Below are positions 51,328 to 63,942 of a stretch of DNA of 64,000 nucleotides, one piece after another. The DNA comes from Vicinamibacteria bacterium. Lineage in GTDB: Bacteria > Acidobacteriota > Vicinamibacteria > Vicinamibacterales > JAENWD01. The notes beneath the pieces are model-generated. The model was not told the DNA's origin. It was given only the letters and a program-made list of their open reading frames with translations, and did not search any database. The stretch lies in the NCBI GenBank assembly GCA_963787035.1, contig CAWBBN010000029.1, positions 20,617 through 84,616 on the forward strand. Direction: 5' to 3'. The translations under genes and the position numbers were made by a program. Position 1 is the stretch's first letter, and each line of letters starts with the position of its first letter.

Positions 51328-52799
51328 TCAGCGAGCGCTCGCGAGCTCGCGGCCGATGTCCACGACGGCCTCGATGAGCGCGTCCAGATCGGGCCGATCC
51401 GTCCTGAAGTTGACGATGCAGGCGCGCAGCACGTAGCGCCCGTTCACGAGGGCGTTGGAGACGTAGGCGCGTCCGCTCCGCTGCAGCGCATCGAGGAGCC
51501 GCTCATTGAGGGCGTTCAACGCCCGCTGATCGTCCGCCCGGCGATCGACGCCCGGCGGGACGTATCGGAACGTCGTGATGCTCAGGCCCTGGCTGACGGC
51601 CTCGATCTCTGGGTGGTCCTTCGCCAGCTCGAAGAGCTCGCGCGACAGGCGGATGTCGTCGGCGATCGACTGCGCGAGGCCGTCGCGGCCGGCCTGCCGC
51701 AGCCCCATCCAGACCTTGAGCGCTCGAAGCGCGCGCGAGTTCTGCGGGCCGAGCTCGAAGTAGTTGGGCGGCGGGCTGGGCTCGTCGGTCTCGAAGTGGT
51801 AGTAGGCGGGGGTGTAGCCGAACGCGTCATGCAGGTGCGCCGGATTGCGGACGAGCGTGCAGCCGACCTCGAGCGGCGCGTAGAGCCACTTGTGCGGATC
51901 GATCGCCACCGAGTCGGCGTCGGCCATCGCTTCGAGATCCGCGGGCGTCCCGCGGCACGATCACGGCCGGCGCGCCATACGCGCCGTCGACGTGGAACCA
52001 CAGCCGCTCGTCGCGGCAGACGTCGCGAATCTCGCGCAGCGGATCCACCGCGCCCGTGCCCACGGTGCCCGCCGTGCCGACGACGAGGAACGGCCGATGG
52101 CCCGCGGCGCGGTCCTCGCCGATGCGGCGCCTGAGCGCGGCGACGTTCATGCGGCCGTCGCGTCTCAACGGGAATCCACCGGAGCTCGCCCGTGCCGAGC
52201 CCGGAGAGGTCCGCGGCCTTTTGAATCCACGTATGTGTTTCGGTCGAGCAGTACGCCGTCAGGAGCGGCCGGTCGCCGGACAGCCCCTCGACGCGGACGT
52301 CGCGGCCGGCGCCGGCGGCACGCGCCGCCCAGTACGCGACGAGGTTCGCCATGTTCCCGCCGCTGACGAGAATGCCGCCCGTGCCGGCCGGCAAGCCGAG
52401 GAGCTCGGCGATCCAGCGCACGGACTGCTCTTCGATGAGCGTCCCGATCGGCGAGAGCCCGAACGAGCCGCAGTTCGGGTTGACCGTCGCCGCCAGCAAG
52501 TCCGCCAGCGCGCCGAGCGGCGCGGCCGACGCCGTGATGTAGCCCATGAAGCGGGGATGGCCGTTGAAGACCGAGTGCTGAAGCAGGAGGTCGACGGCCT
52601 CGTCCAGGATGGCTGCGGGATCGCTGCCGGCCTCGGGCATACCTCCGCCGCCGAGCCGCGCGCGGAGAGCCGCCGCGGACTCGCCCGGGTGGACGCGCCG
52701 CGACGGCAGCTCCTCGAGAAAACCTGCCAGCCGATCGACGAGCCGGTGCCCGAGCGCCCGAAACGTCTCGGGGTCGAGCTCCAGCGGTCTCGTGCGCAC
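51328..52799 (-). pseudogene. group II pyridoxal-phosphate-dependent decarboxylase (aromatic-L-amino-acid/ glutamate decarboxylase family) (2 apparent frameshifts)
   Basis: GTG at 52799: VRTRPLELDPETFRALGHRLVD..HSVFNGHPRFMGYITASAAP..GILVSGGNMANL..YCSTETHTWIQKAA / PFLVVGTAGTVGTGAVDPLREIRDVCRDERLWFHVDGAYGA / ADSVAIDPHKWLYAPLEVGC (PLP-Lys) ..LGPQNSRALRALKVWM. Confidence 0.88.
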
Positions 52800-52833
52800 T
52801 TTGCCTGCTGAGCCGTAGCGCAGAGCGCGAAGG

Positions 52834-54886
52834 CTAGTGCTTGCCGTCGGCCGTGGATGTCGCCGGCGGCGCGGCGCCACCGGGCTTCAGGTGCGCGTCG
52901 AACCAGCCGACCCAGCGCTCGAGCCGATCGCGCTGGTAGCTCGGCATCGTAGATCCCGTGGTGCTGGCCCGGATAGATCACGAGCTGGCTCTCGATGCCG
53001 TTGCTCCTCAGCGCCTGATACATCTGCTCGGCGCCGACGAGCGGCACGTTGAAGTCCTTGTCGCCGCCCATGTAGAGCGTCGGCGTCTTGATGCGGTCCG
53101 CGTGGAAGAACGGGTAGCTGACCTTCAGCCACAGGTCCTGGTGCTTCCACGGCTGCCCCATCTCGGCGTCGTACTGCACGATGTACTGGTCGACGCCGTA
53201 CATCGTGAGCTGCAGCGCCGAGCTGGCGCCCGAGATGGCCGCCTTGAAGCGCGTGTCGCTCGCGATGGTGTAGTCGGTCAGGATCCCGCCGTAGCTCCAG
53301 CCGCAGATGCCGAGCCGGTCCGGATCGGCGATGCCTGCCTTGATCGCGCCGTCGACGCCGGCGAGCAGATCCACCACTTCGAGGTTGCCCCAGTCGGCAT
53401 AGATCGCCTTCTGGAACTTGCTGCCACGGCCCGAGCTGCCGCGATAGTTGATCTGCAGCACCGCGTAGCCGTGCGCGGCGAGAATCTCGCGCGTGCCGTC
53501 GAAGCTGTAGTCGTCCTGCCCGTTGGGCCCGCCGTGGATGTAGAGCACCGTCGGCAGCTTGCCTGCCGGCGCGTTCGCCGGCCTGGCCAGCAAGCCGTTC
53601 ACGACGTTGCCGTCCTTCGCGGTGTAGGTGACCGGCTCCACCGTGGAGAACGCGACGTCGGACATCCACGCGTTCTGATTCGACAGCTTGCGCAGCGCGC
53701 CATTCTCGAGCGCGTACACCTCCTCGGACGCGTCGGTCGTGCCCACGAGCACGGCGCCGTTGCCGTCGGAGCCGAGCGACAGGCTGTTGACGACCTTGTG
53801 GCCCGTGGAGACACGCTCGAGCGCGCCGCCGGCAGCGGGCACGCGGCCGATGTATTCGTCGCGGTCGTCCTCGACGCGCACGTAGATGGCGTTGCCGTCC
53901 TTCGAGAACACGGGCGAGGCGACAGCGCGGTCGAGCGCCGCCGTCAGGATCTTCGGCTCACCGCCGGCGGACGAGACGACCGCGAGCTTGTCGAGGTTGT
54001 ACGCGTAATAGCGGACGTCGTCGCCCTGCAGGTACGCGAGCCACTTGCCGTCGGGGCTCCACGCGGGACGCCCCACGTCAGGGCCGGGGAAGGTCGTGAT
54101 CTGCTGGGGCGTCGCGCCGGCCTTGGCCTCGATGACCCAGACGTCCGGGTTGTTGGTGCGATCGGGCTCGGCGCCGCGCTCGCTGATGAACGCGATCTTC
54201 GTGCCGTCTGGCGACCACGACGGGTTGCGCTCGTCGTACGTGCCCGTCGTGAGCTGCTCGGCCTTCTTGCCGTCGACGTCGAAGAGATAGAGGTGCTCGC
54301 GCAGCTTGCCGAGATAGCCGGACTGGTCGGTCTTGAACGCGTAGCGATCGATCACGATCGGCGGCGCGGTCTTGCGCTTCCACCCGTCCTTCTTCTCCGG
54401 GTCGTCGTCCGGATCGGGATCGTTCACGACGAGCGCGAGGCGCTTGCCGTCGGGCGACCACGCGTAGTCGTCGATGCCGCCCTTGATCTCGGTGAGCTGC
54501 AGCGCCTCGCCGCCGGCGCGATTGAGGAGCCACACCTGCGCGCCCTTCTTCTTCTCGTCTTCGTCGCCGCGCGAGGCGAGAAACGCGAGGTACCTGCCGT
54601 CCGGGCTCCAGCGCGGCGTGGATTCGTTGTCCTTGGACGACGTGAGCTGCACCTGCTCCTTGCCGTCCCAGCTCACCATCCAGACGTCGCGGTTGTGCTT
54701 GTCCTTCTCGACGTCGGTGGTGCTGACCGTATACGCGACCCACTTGCCGTCCGGGGACCGCTGGGGATCCGAGACGGCGTGGAACTTCGCGAGGTCGTCG
54801 TACGAGAACGGGCGCTTCGTCTGCGCGCTGAGCGGTGCCGCAATGGCCGCGACGAGGGCCGTCGCGAGGATGACAGGCTGCTTCAT
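52834..54886 (-). pseudogene. S9 family serine peptidase with TolB-like beta-propeller (1 apparent frameshift near 52950)
   Basis: MKQPVILATALVAAIAAPLSAQ signal. SPDGKWVAYT, PRWSPDGRYLAFL, YAWSPDGKRLALV, PSWSPDGTKIAFI, PAWSPDGKWLAYL. Catalytic domain: YIHGGPNGQDD, GWSYGGILT (GxSxGG), GGDKDFNVP, GQHHGI. Tail PSYQRDRLERWVGWFDAHLKPG in another frame. Confidence 0.92.
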
Positions 54887-54930
54887 GAGATCCCTCGGAG
54901 GTGAAACGGAAAGACGGAAGATTATCGCAG

Positions 54931-56069
54931 TCAGGGGCGGAACAGGACACAAACCGGCGTCGGCGCGTCGTGCGGCGTCCCGGCGGCCGTCAGACGGCCG
55001 GAGGTCGCATCACGGCGGAACACCGTCAGCGTGCTGGACTCCTGGTTGGCGGCGACGAGCCAGCGGCCGGTCGGGTCGATCGTGAAGTTCCGCGGCGTCT
55101 TGCCCCCCGTCGGCGTGTGTTCGACCAGCGACAGCGCGCCTGAAGGCGTCACCGCGAACACGGCAATGCTGTCGTGCCCGCGGTTCGATCCGTAGACGAA
55201 CGAGCCCGCGGCGTCGATCGCGATCTCGGCGGTGCTGTTCGTCCCTTGAAAATTCGCCGGCAGCGTCGAGACGCTCGCACCCGGAGTGAGCGCGCCGGTG
55301 CCGCCGTTCCACGTGTACGAGGTGATGGTCGAGCTCAGCTCGTTGATGCTGAACGCGCGCAGGCCACCAGGATGGAACGCGAAGTGGCGAGGCCCGCGCC
55401 CGGCGGGGTCGACGCCGACTGCTGCGGCGCCGGCTTGAGAGCGCCGCTGGCCGGATCGAAGGTGTAGACGAACACCTGGTCGACTCCGAGGTCCACGGCA
55501 ATCAGATGGCGATTGTCTCGGCTGAAGACGACGTCATGGGCGTGCGGGCCTTCCTGACGTTCCTTGTTCGGGCCCGCTCCCGCGTGAGCGAGGAGCGCCA
55601 TCGACGGGCTGAGCCGGCCGTCGGCGCCGATCGCGAACTCGGCGAAGTTGCCCGCGGAGTAATTGGCGACGACGAGGAAGCGGCCCGTGGCGTCGATGGC
55701 GAGGTGGCAGGGATCGGCGCCGCGCGAGAGCTGGTGGTTGAGCTCTGTGAGCGTGCCCGTGGCGGCGTCGATCGCGTAGGCCGTGACAAGGCCCGAATGC
55801 TCGGGGCCGTCGTGCGTCTCGTTGACGGCGTAGAGGTACTTGCCGTTCGGATGGAGCGCGAGGAAGCTCGGGTTCGGCGTCTCGGCAGCCACGGTCAACG
55901 CCGAGCAGCGCGCCCGTCTGCTCGTCGAAGAGCGCGGTGTAGATGCCCTTGCTCTTCGTGCCCTCGGTGTAGGTGCCAATCCAGACGCGACGGCCGGCGT
56001 CGGCGGACCAGGCGAGTGCGCGGCCGCCACGCTCGCCAGCAGAAGGAAGACCGTCAGGAATCGCTTCAC
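54931..56069 (-). pseudogene. lactonase family 7-bladed beta-propeller protein (6-phosphogluconolactonase-like), secreted (>=3 apparent frameshifts)
   Basis: (GTG)KRFLTVFLLLASVAAA signal / VWIGTYTEGTKSKGIYTALFDEQTGAL / ETPNPSFLALHPNGKYLYAVNE..LVVANYSAGNFAEF..GPHAHDVVFSRDNRHLIAVDLGVDQVFVY / VFAVTPSGALSLVEHTPTGGKTPRNFTIDPTGRWLVAANQESSTLTVF. An alternative start is the ATG at 56099. Confidence 0.8.
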
Positions 56070-56096
56070 GGCTATATGCGGGCCGAGGCCCACCTC

Positions 56097-56150
56097 CATC
56101 GACCTGCTCGACCCGATCGACCTGCATGACCCGATCGACCTGCCGACCCG
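56097..56150. repeat. three copies of a ~17-nt unit (GATCGACCTGCNTGACCC), i.e. alternating 8-9 nt GACC units, in a same-strand spacer
   Basis: catcgacctgctcgaccc gatcgacctgcatgaccc gatcgacctgccgacccgc. Lies between the GH51 stop (56160) and the lactonase start. Confidence 0.85.
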
Positions 56151-56159
56151 CGGAGCCCG

Positions 56160-57815
56160 TCAGACCAGCGTGACCCGGATCTTGCTCACCGACGCCTTGG
56201 GCAACGTCACGACGAGATCGCCGGCGGCGCCAGGCGTCACCGGGCTCTCCTTCGGCGTCGGCACCGCGTCCGGCGCGTCGAACGAATTGTGCGCGTCGAG
56301 CGCGCCGGCCGTCAGCGTCGTGATGGCGGCGCTCGCGATCTTCGCGCCGCGCACGGACACCGTCGTCTCGCGCGCGTCGGCGGCGCTCGGGTTCACGACC
56401 GTCAGCGTCACCGTCTTGTCGCGCCGTGACGCCGACCCGGCGAGGCCCCAGAACGTCGCAGGCTGCCCGTTGCGCTGGTAGCTCACGCGCGGCGCCATGA
56501 ATTCCGTGCGGACCGACTCGGCGCCCATGTGATCCATGTACATCTGGAACACGTGGTAATTCGGCGTCACGATGAACTTGGACTCGTGCGCGACGAAGAG
56601 CGACTGCAGGCAGTTCACGAGCTGCGCGATGTTCGCCATGCCGACCTTGTCGGCGTGCCGCTGAAACGTGTCGAGCGTGAGCCCGGCCAGCAGCGCGTCG
56701 CGCAGGGTCGAGACCTGGCCAAGCGTGTGCGACGGGTCCGACTCGCTGCCCGGCTTGTGCCACGCGCCCCATTCGTCCACCACCAGCTTCACCTTCCGCG
56801 CCCGATCGAACTGCCCCATCGTCTGCCAGTGCGCGGTGATGAAGCCGTCCATCTTGTCGGCGTCGCGCAGCAACTCGTAGTGCTGCTCGAGCGTGAAGCC
56901 GACGGCCGGTCCCTTGCCCTCGTTCCAGTCCGTCGTCTTGCCGCTGCTCACGTTCCACGCGTAGTGATGGAACGAGAAGCCCCAGAGCCGTCCGGCCATT
57001 CCTGGATTTCCGGCGGTGAGCTTGTCGAAGAAGCGGCGCGTCCACTCGACGTCGCCGCTGTTGGCGCCGGCGGCGATGTAGCGCAGCTGCAGGTCGTAGG
57101 ACGGCACCCAGGCGGTGTAGCGCTTGAGCTCGACGGCGTAGTCCTCAGGCGAGAAATCGCCGCCGCAGCCCCACGGCTCGTTGCCGACTCCCCAGTAGAC
57201 GACGTTGAGCGGGTCGGGCGAGCCTTCCGCCGCGCGGACGCCGGCGAGCGTCGTCGTGCCCGCGGGCGAGTTGCAGAACTCAATCCACTGATAAAGATCG
57301 CGCGCGGGCAGCGATCGGATGTTCGCCGCGAGGTACGGCTGCGCGCCTGCCAGCTTGCAGAAGCGCGCGAACTCGACGGTGCCGAAGCTGTTCGGGTCGT
57401 ACTGCGACGGCGACGCCGGCACCTTGGTGTTCACCCAGAAGTTCGTGCGCGTCGCGCGGTTCGCCCGCGGGCCGATGCCGTCGCGCCAGTCGTAGCTGTC
57501 GGCGAAACAGCCGCCCGGCCAGCGAATCACCGGCGCCTTGATCTGCTTCAGCCGCTCGACGAGCGACTTCCGGATGCCGCCGTCGTTGGGCACCGGCGAT
57601 CCGTCGCCGACCCAGATGCCGTCGTAGACGACGCCGCCGAGGTGCTCGGCGAAGTGTCCGTAGAGCTCCGGGGCGATCGGGCCAATCGGCTCGTCAAGCA
57701 GGATGTCGATGCGCGAGTCGGCGGCACGCGCCGAGCGCGGCGCGACGAGCGCGGCGGCTCCGGCGGCGCCCAGGACCTGGATGAACGCCCGTCGCGTGGT
57801 CAGCGGTCCAGACAT
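56160..57815 (-). CDS. TAT-exported GH51 alpha-L-arabinofuranosidase
   Basis: MSGPLTTRRAFIQVLGAAGAAALVAPRSARA (twin-Arg signal). GHFAEHLGGVVYDGIWVG, IRWPGGCFADSYDWRDGIGP, WGVGNEPWGCGG (acid/base Glu), LVVDEWGAW (nucleophile Glu), ANIAQLVNCLQ. Uninterrupted within ORF 56160-58688. Confidence 0.9.
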   Translation of the reverse strand: MSGPLTTRRAFIQVLGAAGAAALVAPRSARAADSRIDILLDEPIGPIAPELYGHFAEHLGGVVYDGIWVGDGSPVPNDGGIRKSLVERLKQIKAPVIRWPGGCFADSYDWRDGIGPRANRATRTNFWVNTKVPASPSQYDPNSFGTVEFARFCKLAGAQPYLAANIRSLPARDLYQWIEFCNSPAGTTTLAGVRAAEGSPDPLNVVYWGVGNEPWGCGGDFSPEDYAVELKRYTAWVPSYDLQLRYIAAGANSGDVEWTRRFFDKLTAGNPGMAGRLWGFSFHHYAWNVSSGKTTDWNEGKGPAVGFTLEQHYELLRDADKMDGFITAHWQTMGQFDRARKVKLVVDEWGAWHKPGSESDPSHTLGQVSTLRDALLAGLTLDTFQRHADKVGMANIAQLVNCLQSLFVAHESKFIVTPNYHVFQMYMDHMGAESVRTEFMAPRVSYQRNGQPATFWGLAGSASRRDKTVTLTVVNPSAADARETTVSVRGAKIASAAITTLTAGALDAHNSFDAPDAVPTPKESPVTPGAAGDLVVTLPKASVSKIRVTLV

Positions 57816-57822
57816 GGCGCGA

Positions 57823-57828
57823 ACGATA
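57823..57828 (-). promoter_or_regulatory. -10-like hexamer TATCGT, 7 nt upstream of the GH51 ATG (leaderless geometry)
   Basis: Minus strand reads gcTATCGTtcgcgccATG, 17 nt after the upstream gene's stop. Confidence 0.35.
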
Positions 57829-57844
57829 GCACGAGCCGGTGCCG

Positions 57845-59041
57845 CTACTGCGGCGTCTCGCTGACGACCTTCCCGTTGATGACGACGCCGGTGACGTGCG
57901 ACGTGAACTCGAACGGGTCGCCGTCGAACAGCGCGACATCGCCGTCCTTGCCGGCTTCGAGCGATCCCACGCGCTTGTCCACGCCGAGCACGCGCGCGGC
58001 GTCGATCGTGATGAGCGAGAGCGCGTCCTCGAACGCCAGCCCGTTGGCCGCGGCCTCTGCCGCCTCGAAGAGCACGAGCCGCGTCTTCGGCACGTAGGTC
58101 TCGTAGCCGCTCTGGAGCGCCGTCAGGACTCCGGCCTTCTTCAGGGTGGCTGGCGTCTCCATCGAGAGATTTTCGGTGTCCTCGCCCGCCCTGAACATCG
58201 TCGGATGGACGATGACCGGAACCTTCGCTGCCTTGATCTGATCGAGCACCAGGTAGCTGTCGGCCGCGCCGTCGAGCACGATTTTCAGGTCGAACTCTTT
58301 GGCGACGCGAAGCGCGTCCATGATGTCCACCGCGCGCTGCGCGGTGATCAGCAACGGCAGCTCCTTCGTGAGGACCTTGCCGAGCGTCTCCATCCGCAGG
58401 TCGCGCGCGGGGCGCTTGTCCTCGGGTCCGCTCATCTTCGCGACGTAGTCCTTCGCCTTGATCAGCTCCGCGCGAAGCATGGCGACCGCCTTCGCGCGGG
58501 TGCCGGGCGACTTCCCCGTCGATCCGAGGCCGTCGTTGCCGAGCGTGCATGCCACCATCGCGACGGGCACGACCGTGGCGTCTTCGACCTCGTCGCCGAC
58601 GGTCTTCACGATCATGGTCTGGCCCGACACGAGCGCGCCCGGCGCGTGGCCGGTGTTGATCGTGGTCACGCCGTGCGTGCGCAGCCACTCGACCAGCACC
58701 TCACGCGCGTTGTAGGCGTCGATGGCTCGAAGCTCGGGTTGAATCGCCGCCGACAGCTCGAGCTGCATCTGGTCGGCCGGGATGTTCAGCGCGCCGGCCA
58801 GGCCGACGACGGTGTGGGCGTCGATGAGCCCGGGGGTCGCCACCGTCGCCGTCAGCGTGCGATAACCGCCGGGAATCTGCACGTCCGACGCCTTGCCGAC
58901 GCGCTCGATCTTGCCGTTGGCGCCGATCAGGATGACGCCGTCGGTGATCGCCGCGCCCGCCATCGTGTGCACCGTCGCCGCACGCACTGCCACCTGCGCC
59001 GCGGCGGAGCCGCGACGCGAGCGACGCGATAAGCGCTGCAA
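57845..59041 (-). CDS. amidohydrolase family protein (imidazolonepropionase / Xaa-Pro or Arg/Lys carboxypeptidase-like)
   Basis: 398-aa ORF. GKIERVGKASDVQIPGGYRTLTATVATPGLIDAHTVVG, THGVTTINTGH, VACTLGN, DGDVALFDGDPFEFTSHVTGVVINGKVV. The N-terminus may extend to about 59085 through one frameshift (signal-like VERRAAVTLPGIAALIASLA in ORF 58701-59129). Confidence 0.82.
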   Translation of the reverse strand: MQRLSRRSRRGSAAAQVAVRAATVHTMAGAAITDGVILIGANGKIERVGKASDVQIPGGYRTLTATVATPGLIDAHTVVGLAGALNIPADQMQLELSAAIQPELRAIDAYNAREVLVEWLRTHGVTTINTGHAPGALVSGQTMIVKTVGDEVEDATVVPVAMVACTLGNDGLGSTGKSPGTRAKAVAMLRAELIKAKDYVAKMSGPEDKRPARDLRMETLGKVLTKELPLLITAQRAVDIMDALRVAKEFDLKIVLDGAADSYLVLDQIKAAKVPVIVHPTMFRAGEDTENLSMETPATLKKAGVLTALQSGYETYVPKTRLVLFEAAEAAANGLAFEDALSLITIDAARVLGVDKRVGSLEAGKDGDVALFDGDPFEFTSHVTGVVINGKVVSETPQ

Positions 59042-59125
59042 TGCCCGGCAGCGTGACTGCAGCTCGTCGCTCCACGTTCGTCACTTCAGCTCCCCGCTCG
59101 TCGTTCTCGTCGTCGAAAGGCGCCC

Positions 59126-60448
59126 TCATCGCTCGCCCCCCTCGTCGTCGCCATCGGTCTCGAGGGTCGCGTCGCGCCCCATGCCGTAGCCGCCCGTCGC
59201 CACGAGACGATCCTCGGGCACGCTGCGATCGAAGACTTTCTTGCCTTCCACCCAGGTCTGCTCGACGTGCGTGTAGACGCTCAGCGGGTCGCCGGAGAGG
59301 ACGATGAAGTCCGCGTCCTTCCCGGACTCGAGCGATCCGACGCGCGAGTCGAGCCCGAGCATGCGCGCCCCGGCCATCGTCATCGCGTAGAGCGCCTTGT
59401 CGCGCGGGAGCCCCGCGCGAACGGCGAGCCCCGCGGACCGCAGGAAGATTCTCGAGTCGGTGATGTAGTCGTCGGTGTGAAACCCGACGACGACGCCGGC
59501 CTTGTCGAGGACGGCCGCGGTGCTCATTCTGTTCTCGAGCGCCTCCTGCTTGCCGCCGGGAGAATCGATCACAATCACCGACGCGAAGAGACCGGCCTTC
59601 GCGATCTCGTCGGCCACTTTCCAGCCCTCCGACACGTGGTGCAGCACGGGCTTGAACCCGAACTCCTGCGACAGCCGGATCACGGTGACGATGTCGTCGT
59701 GGCGGTGCGTGTGAAAGTGCACCGTGCGCTTGCCGTCGAGCACTTCGACGAGCGCTTCCATCGCGAGGTCGCGCGACGGCATCTTCGTCGCGTCGCCGTT
59801 GGCCTTTCGGACCTTGTCGCGGTACTCCACGGCCTTCACGAACTGCTCGCGGACCAGCGCCGCCGACTTGGCGCGCGTGCCCGGGAACGGCCCGGTGCCA
59901 TTCGCGCGAATCGAGTTCGTGCCGTTGGCCATCTTCAACCCGCCGGCGATGCGCCCGTCAGGCAGCTGGATCTCGAGGTCGTCGATCGTGTTGCCCTTTC
60001 GCAGTTTCAGGTAGAGCGTCTGTCCGCTGAGCAGGTGCCCGGAGCCGGGCATGACGTTGGCGGTCGTGATGCCGCCTGCCTGCGCGCGCCGGATGCTCAT
60101 GGCGCGCACGTCGATCGCGTCGAGCACGCGGACGTCGGGCTGAATGGGGGCCGAGCTGTCCCCGCCGGCGGGGCTGCCGATGTGGCTGTGCGAGTCGACG
60201 AGTCCCGGCATCACCGTCTTGCCGGCGAGATCGACCGTCGTCGCGCCGCCGGGAATCTTCACGGCGCCGCTTGCGCCGACCGCCACGATCTTGCCGTCGG
60301 TGACGACGAGCGTGCCTTTCTCGATGGGCGCGCCCGCGATTGGAATGATGCGAGCGTTGATGAAGGCGCGGGTCTCGGCGGACGCGCCGCTGGCCGTGGC
60401 CAGCAGGACGAGCGCGCCGCAGAACCGCGCGAACACGAATCTATGCAT
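59126..60448 (-). CDS. amidohydrolase family protein, secreted (paralogous partner of 57845-59041)
   Basis: Probable start MHRFVFARFCGALVLLATASGASA (60448). ITDGKIVAVG, VMPGLVDSHSHIG (HxH metal site), HFHTHRHDD, GFHTDD, GKDADFIVLSGDPLSVYTHVEQTWVEGKKVF. Confidence 0.85.
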   Translation of the reverse strand: MHRFVFARFCGALVLLATASGASAETRAFINARIIPIAGAPIEKGTLVVTDGKIVAVGASGAVKIPGGATTVDLAGKTVMPGLVDSHSHIGSPAGGDSSAPIQPDVRVLDAIDVRAMSIRRAQAGGITTANVMPGSGHLLSGQTLYLKLRKGNTIDDLEIQLPDGRIAGGLKMANGTNSIRANGTGPFPGTRAKSAALVREQFVKAVEYRDKVRKANGDATKMPSRDLAMEALVEVLDGKRTVHFHTHRHDDIVTVIRLSQEFGFKPVLHHVSEGWKVADEIAKAGLFASVIVIDSPGGKQEALENRMSTAAVLDKAGVVVGFHTDDYITDSRIFLRSAGLAVRAGLPRDKALYAMTMAGARMLGLDSRVGSLESGKDADFIVLSGDPLSVYTHVEQTWVEGKKVFDRSVPEDRLVATGGYGMGRDATLETDGDDEGGER

Positions 60449-60456
60449 GGGGCGGC

Positions 60457-60462
60457 ACTGTA
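60457..60462 (-). promoter_or_regulatory. -10-like hexamer TACAGT, 8 nt upstream of the ATG at 60448 (leaderless geometry)
   Basis: Minus strand reads gcTACAGTgccgccccATG. Confidence 0.4.
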
Positions 60463-60546
60463 GCTGGAGCGGCGTTGGTGGCGCAACCACGATGAGCTTC
60501 GGTGGTGGCGCGGATGTTGCTCCGAACGGCCGAGGAGGTATTTCTC

Positions 60547-60991
60547 ATGAACCGACTCATCCTCGGAACAGCCCTTGCGCTCGCGACGAGCGTGGGGCTG
60601 GCCGCTCAGCAGTCAACGACCAAGACGCAGACGAAGGTCGATGTGAAAGACGGTAAGAACGTCACGGTGACGGGTTGTGTCGACCGCGCGGCCTCAGGGC
60701 CAGGGCTTCGTCCTGACGCGTGTCGAGTCCGGTGGCACGCCAAGCCCGTTCTACGCGCTCGTCGGCGAGGAGTCAGCGCTCTCGAATCACGTGGGTCATC
60801 TCGTCGAGATCCGCGGCAAGGCCACCGACGTGGGCGACGACGGCAAGGTGGATGTGACCACGAAGACGAAGGTCGAGCGCGAGCACGGCGACGACACGCA
60901 CACGAAGACGAAGACGCAGATCGAAGGGACGACCGACGTGCCGTTCCTTGGCGTGAAGTCCGTGAAGATGCTGCGCGACACCTGCTCGTAG
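60547..60991 (+). pseudogene. small secreted Thr/Lys/Asp-rich protein, unknown function (1 apparent frameshift near 60690)
   Basis: SD GGAGGT plus a 7-nt spacer, then MNRLILGTALALATSVGLAAQQ (signal) STTKTQTKVDVKDGKNVTVTGCVDRA / GQGFVLTRVESGGTPSPFYALVGEESALSNHVGHLVEIRGKATDVGDDGKVDVTTKTKVEREHGDDTHTKTKTQIEGTTDVPFLGVKSVKMLRDTCS. Confidence 0.55.
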
Positions 60992-60993
60992 GC

Positions 60994-63915
<2,922 letters not shown>

Positions 63916-63942
63916 TCCGGGTTGCCGAGAATAGCATTCCAC

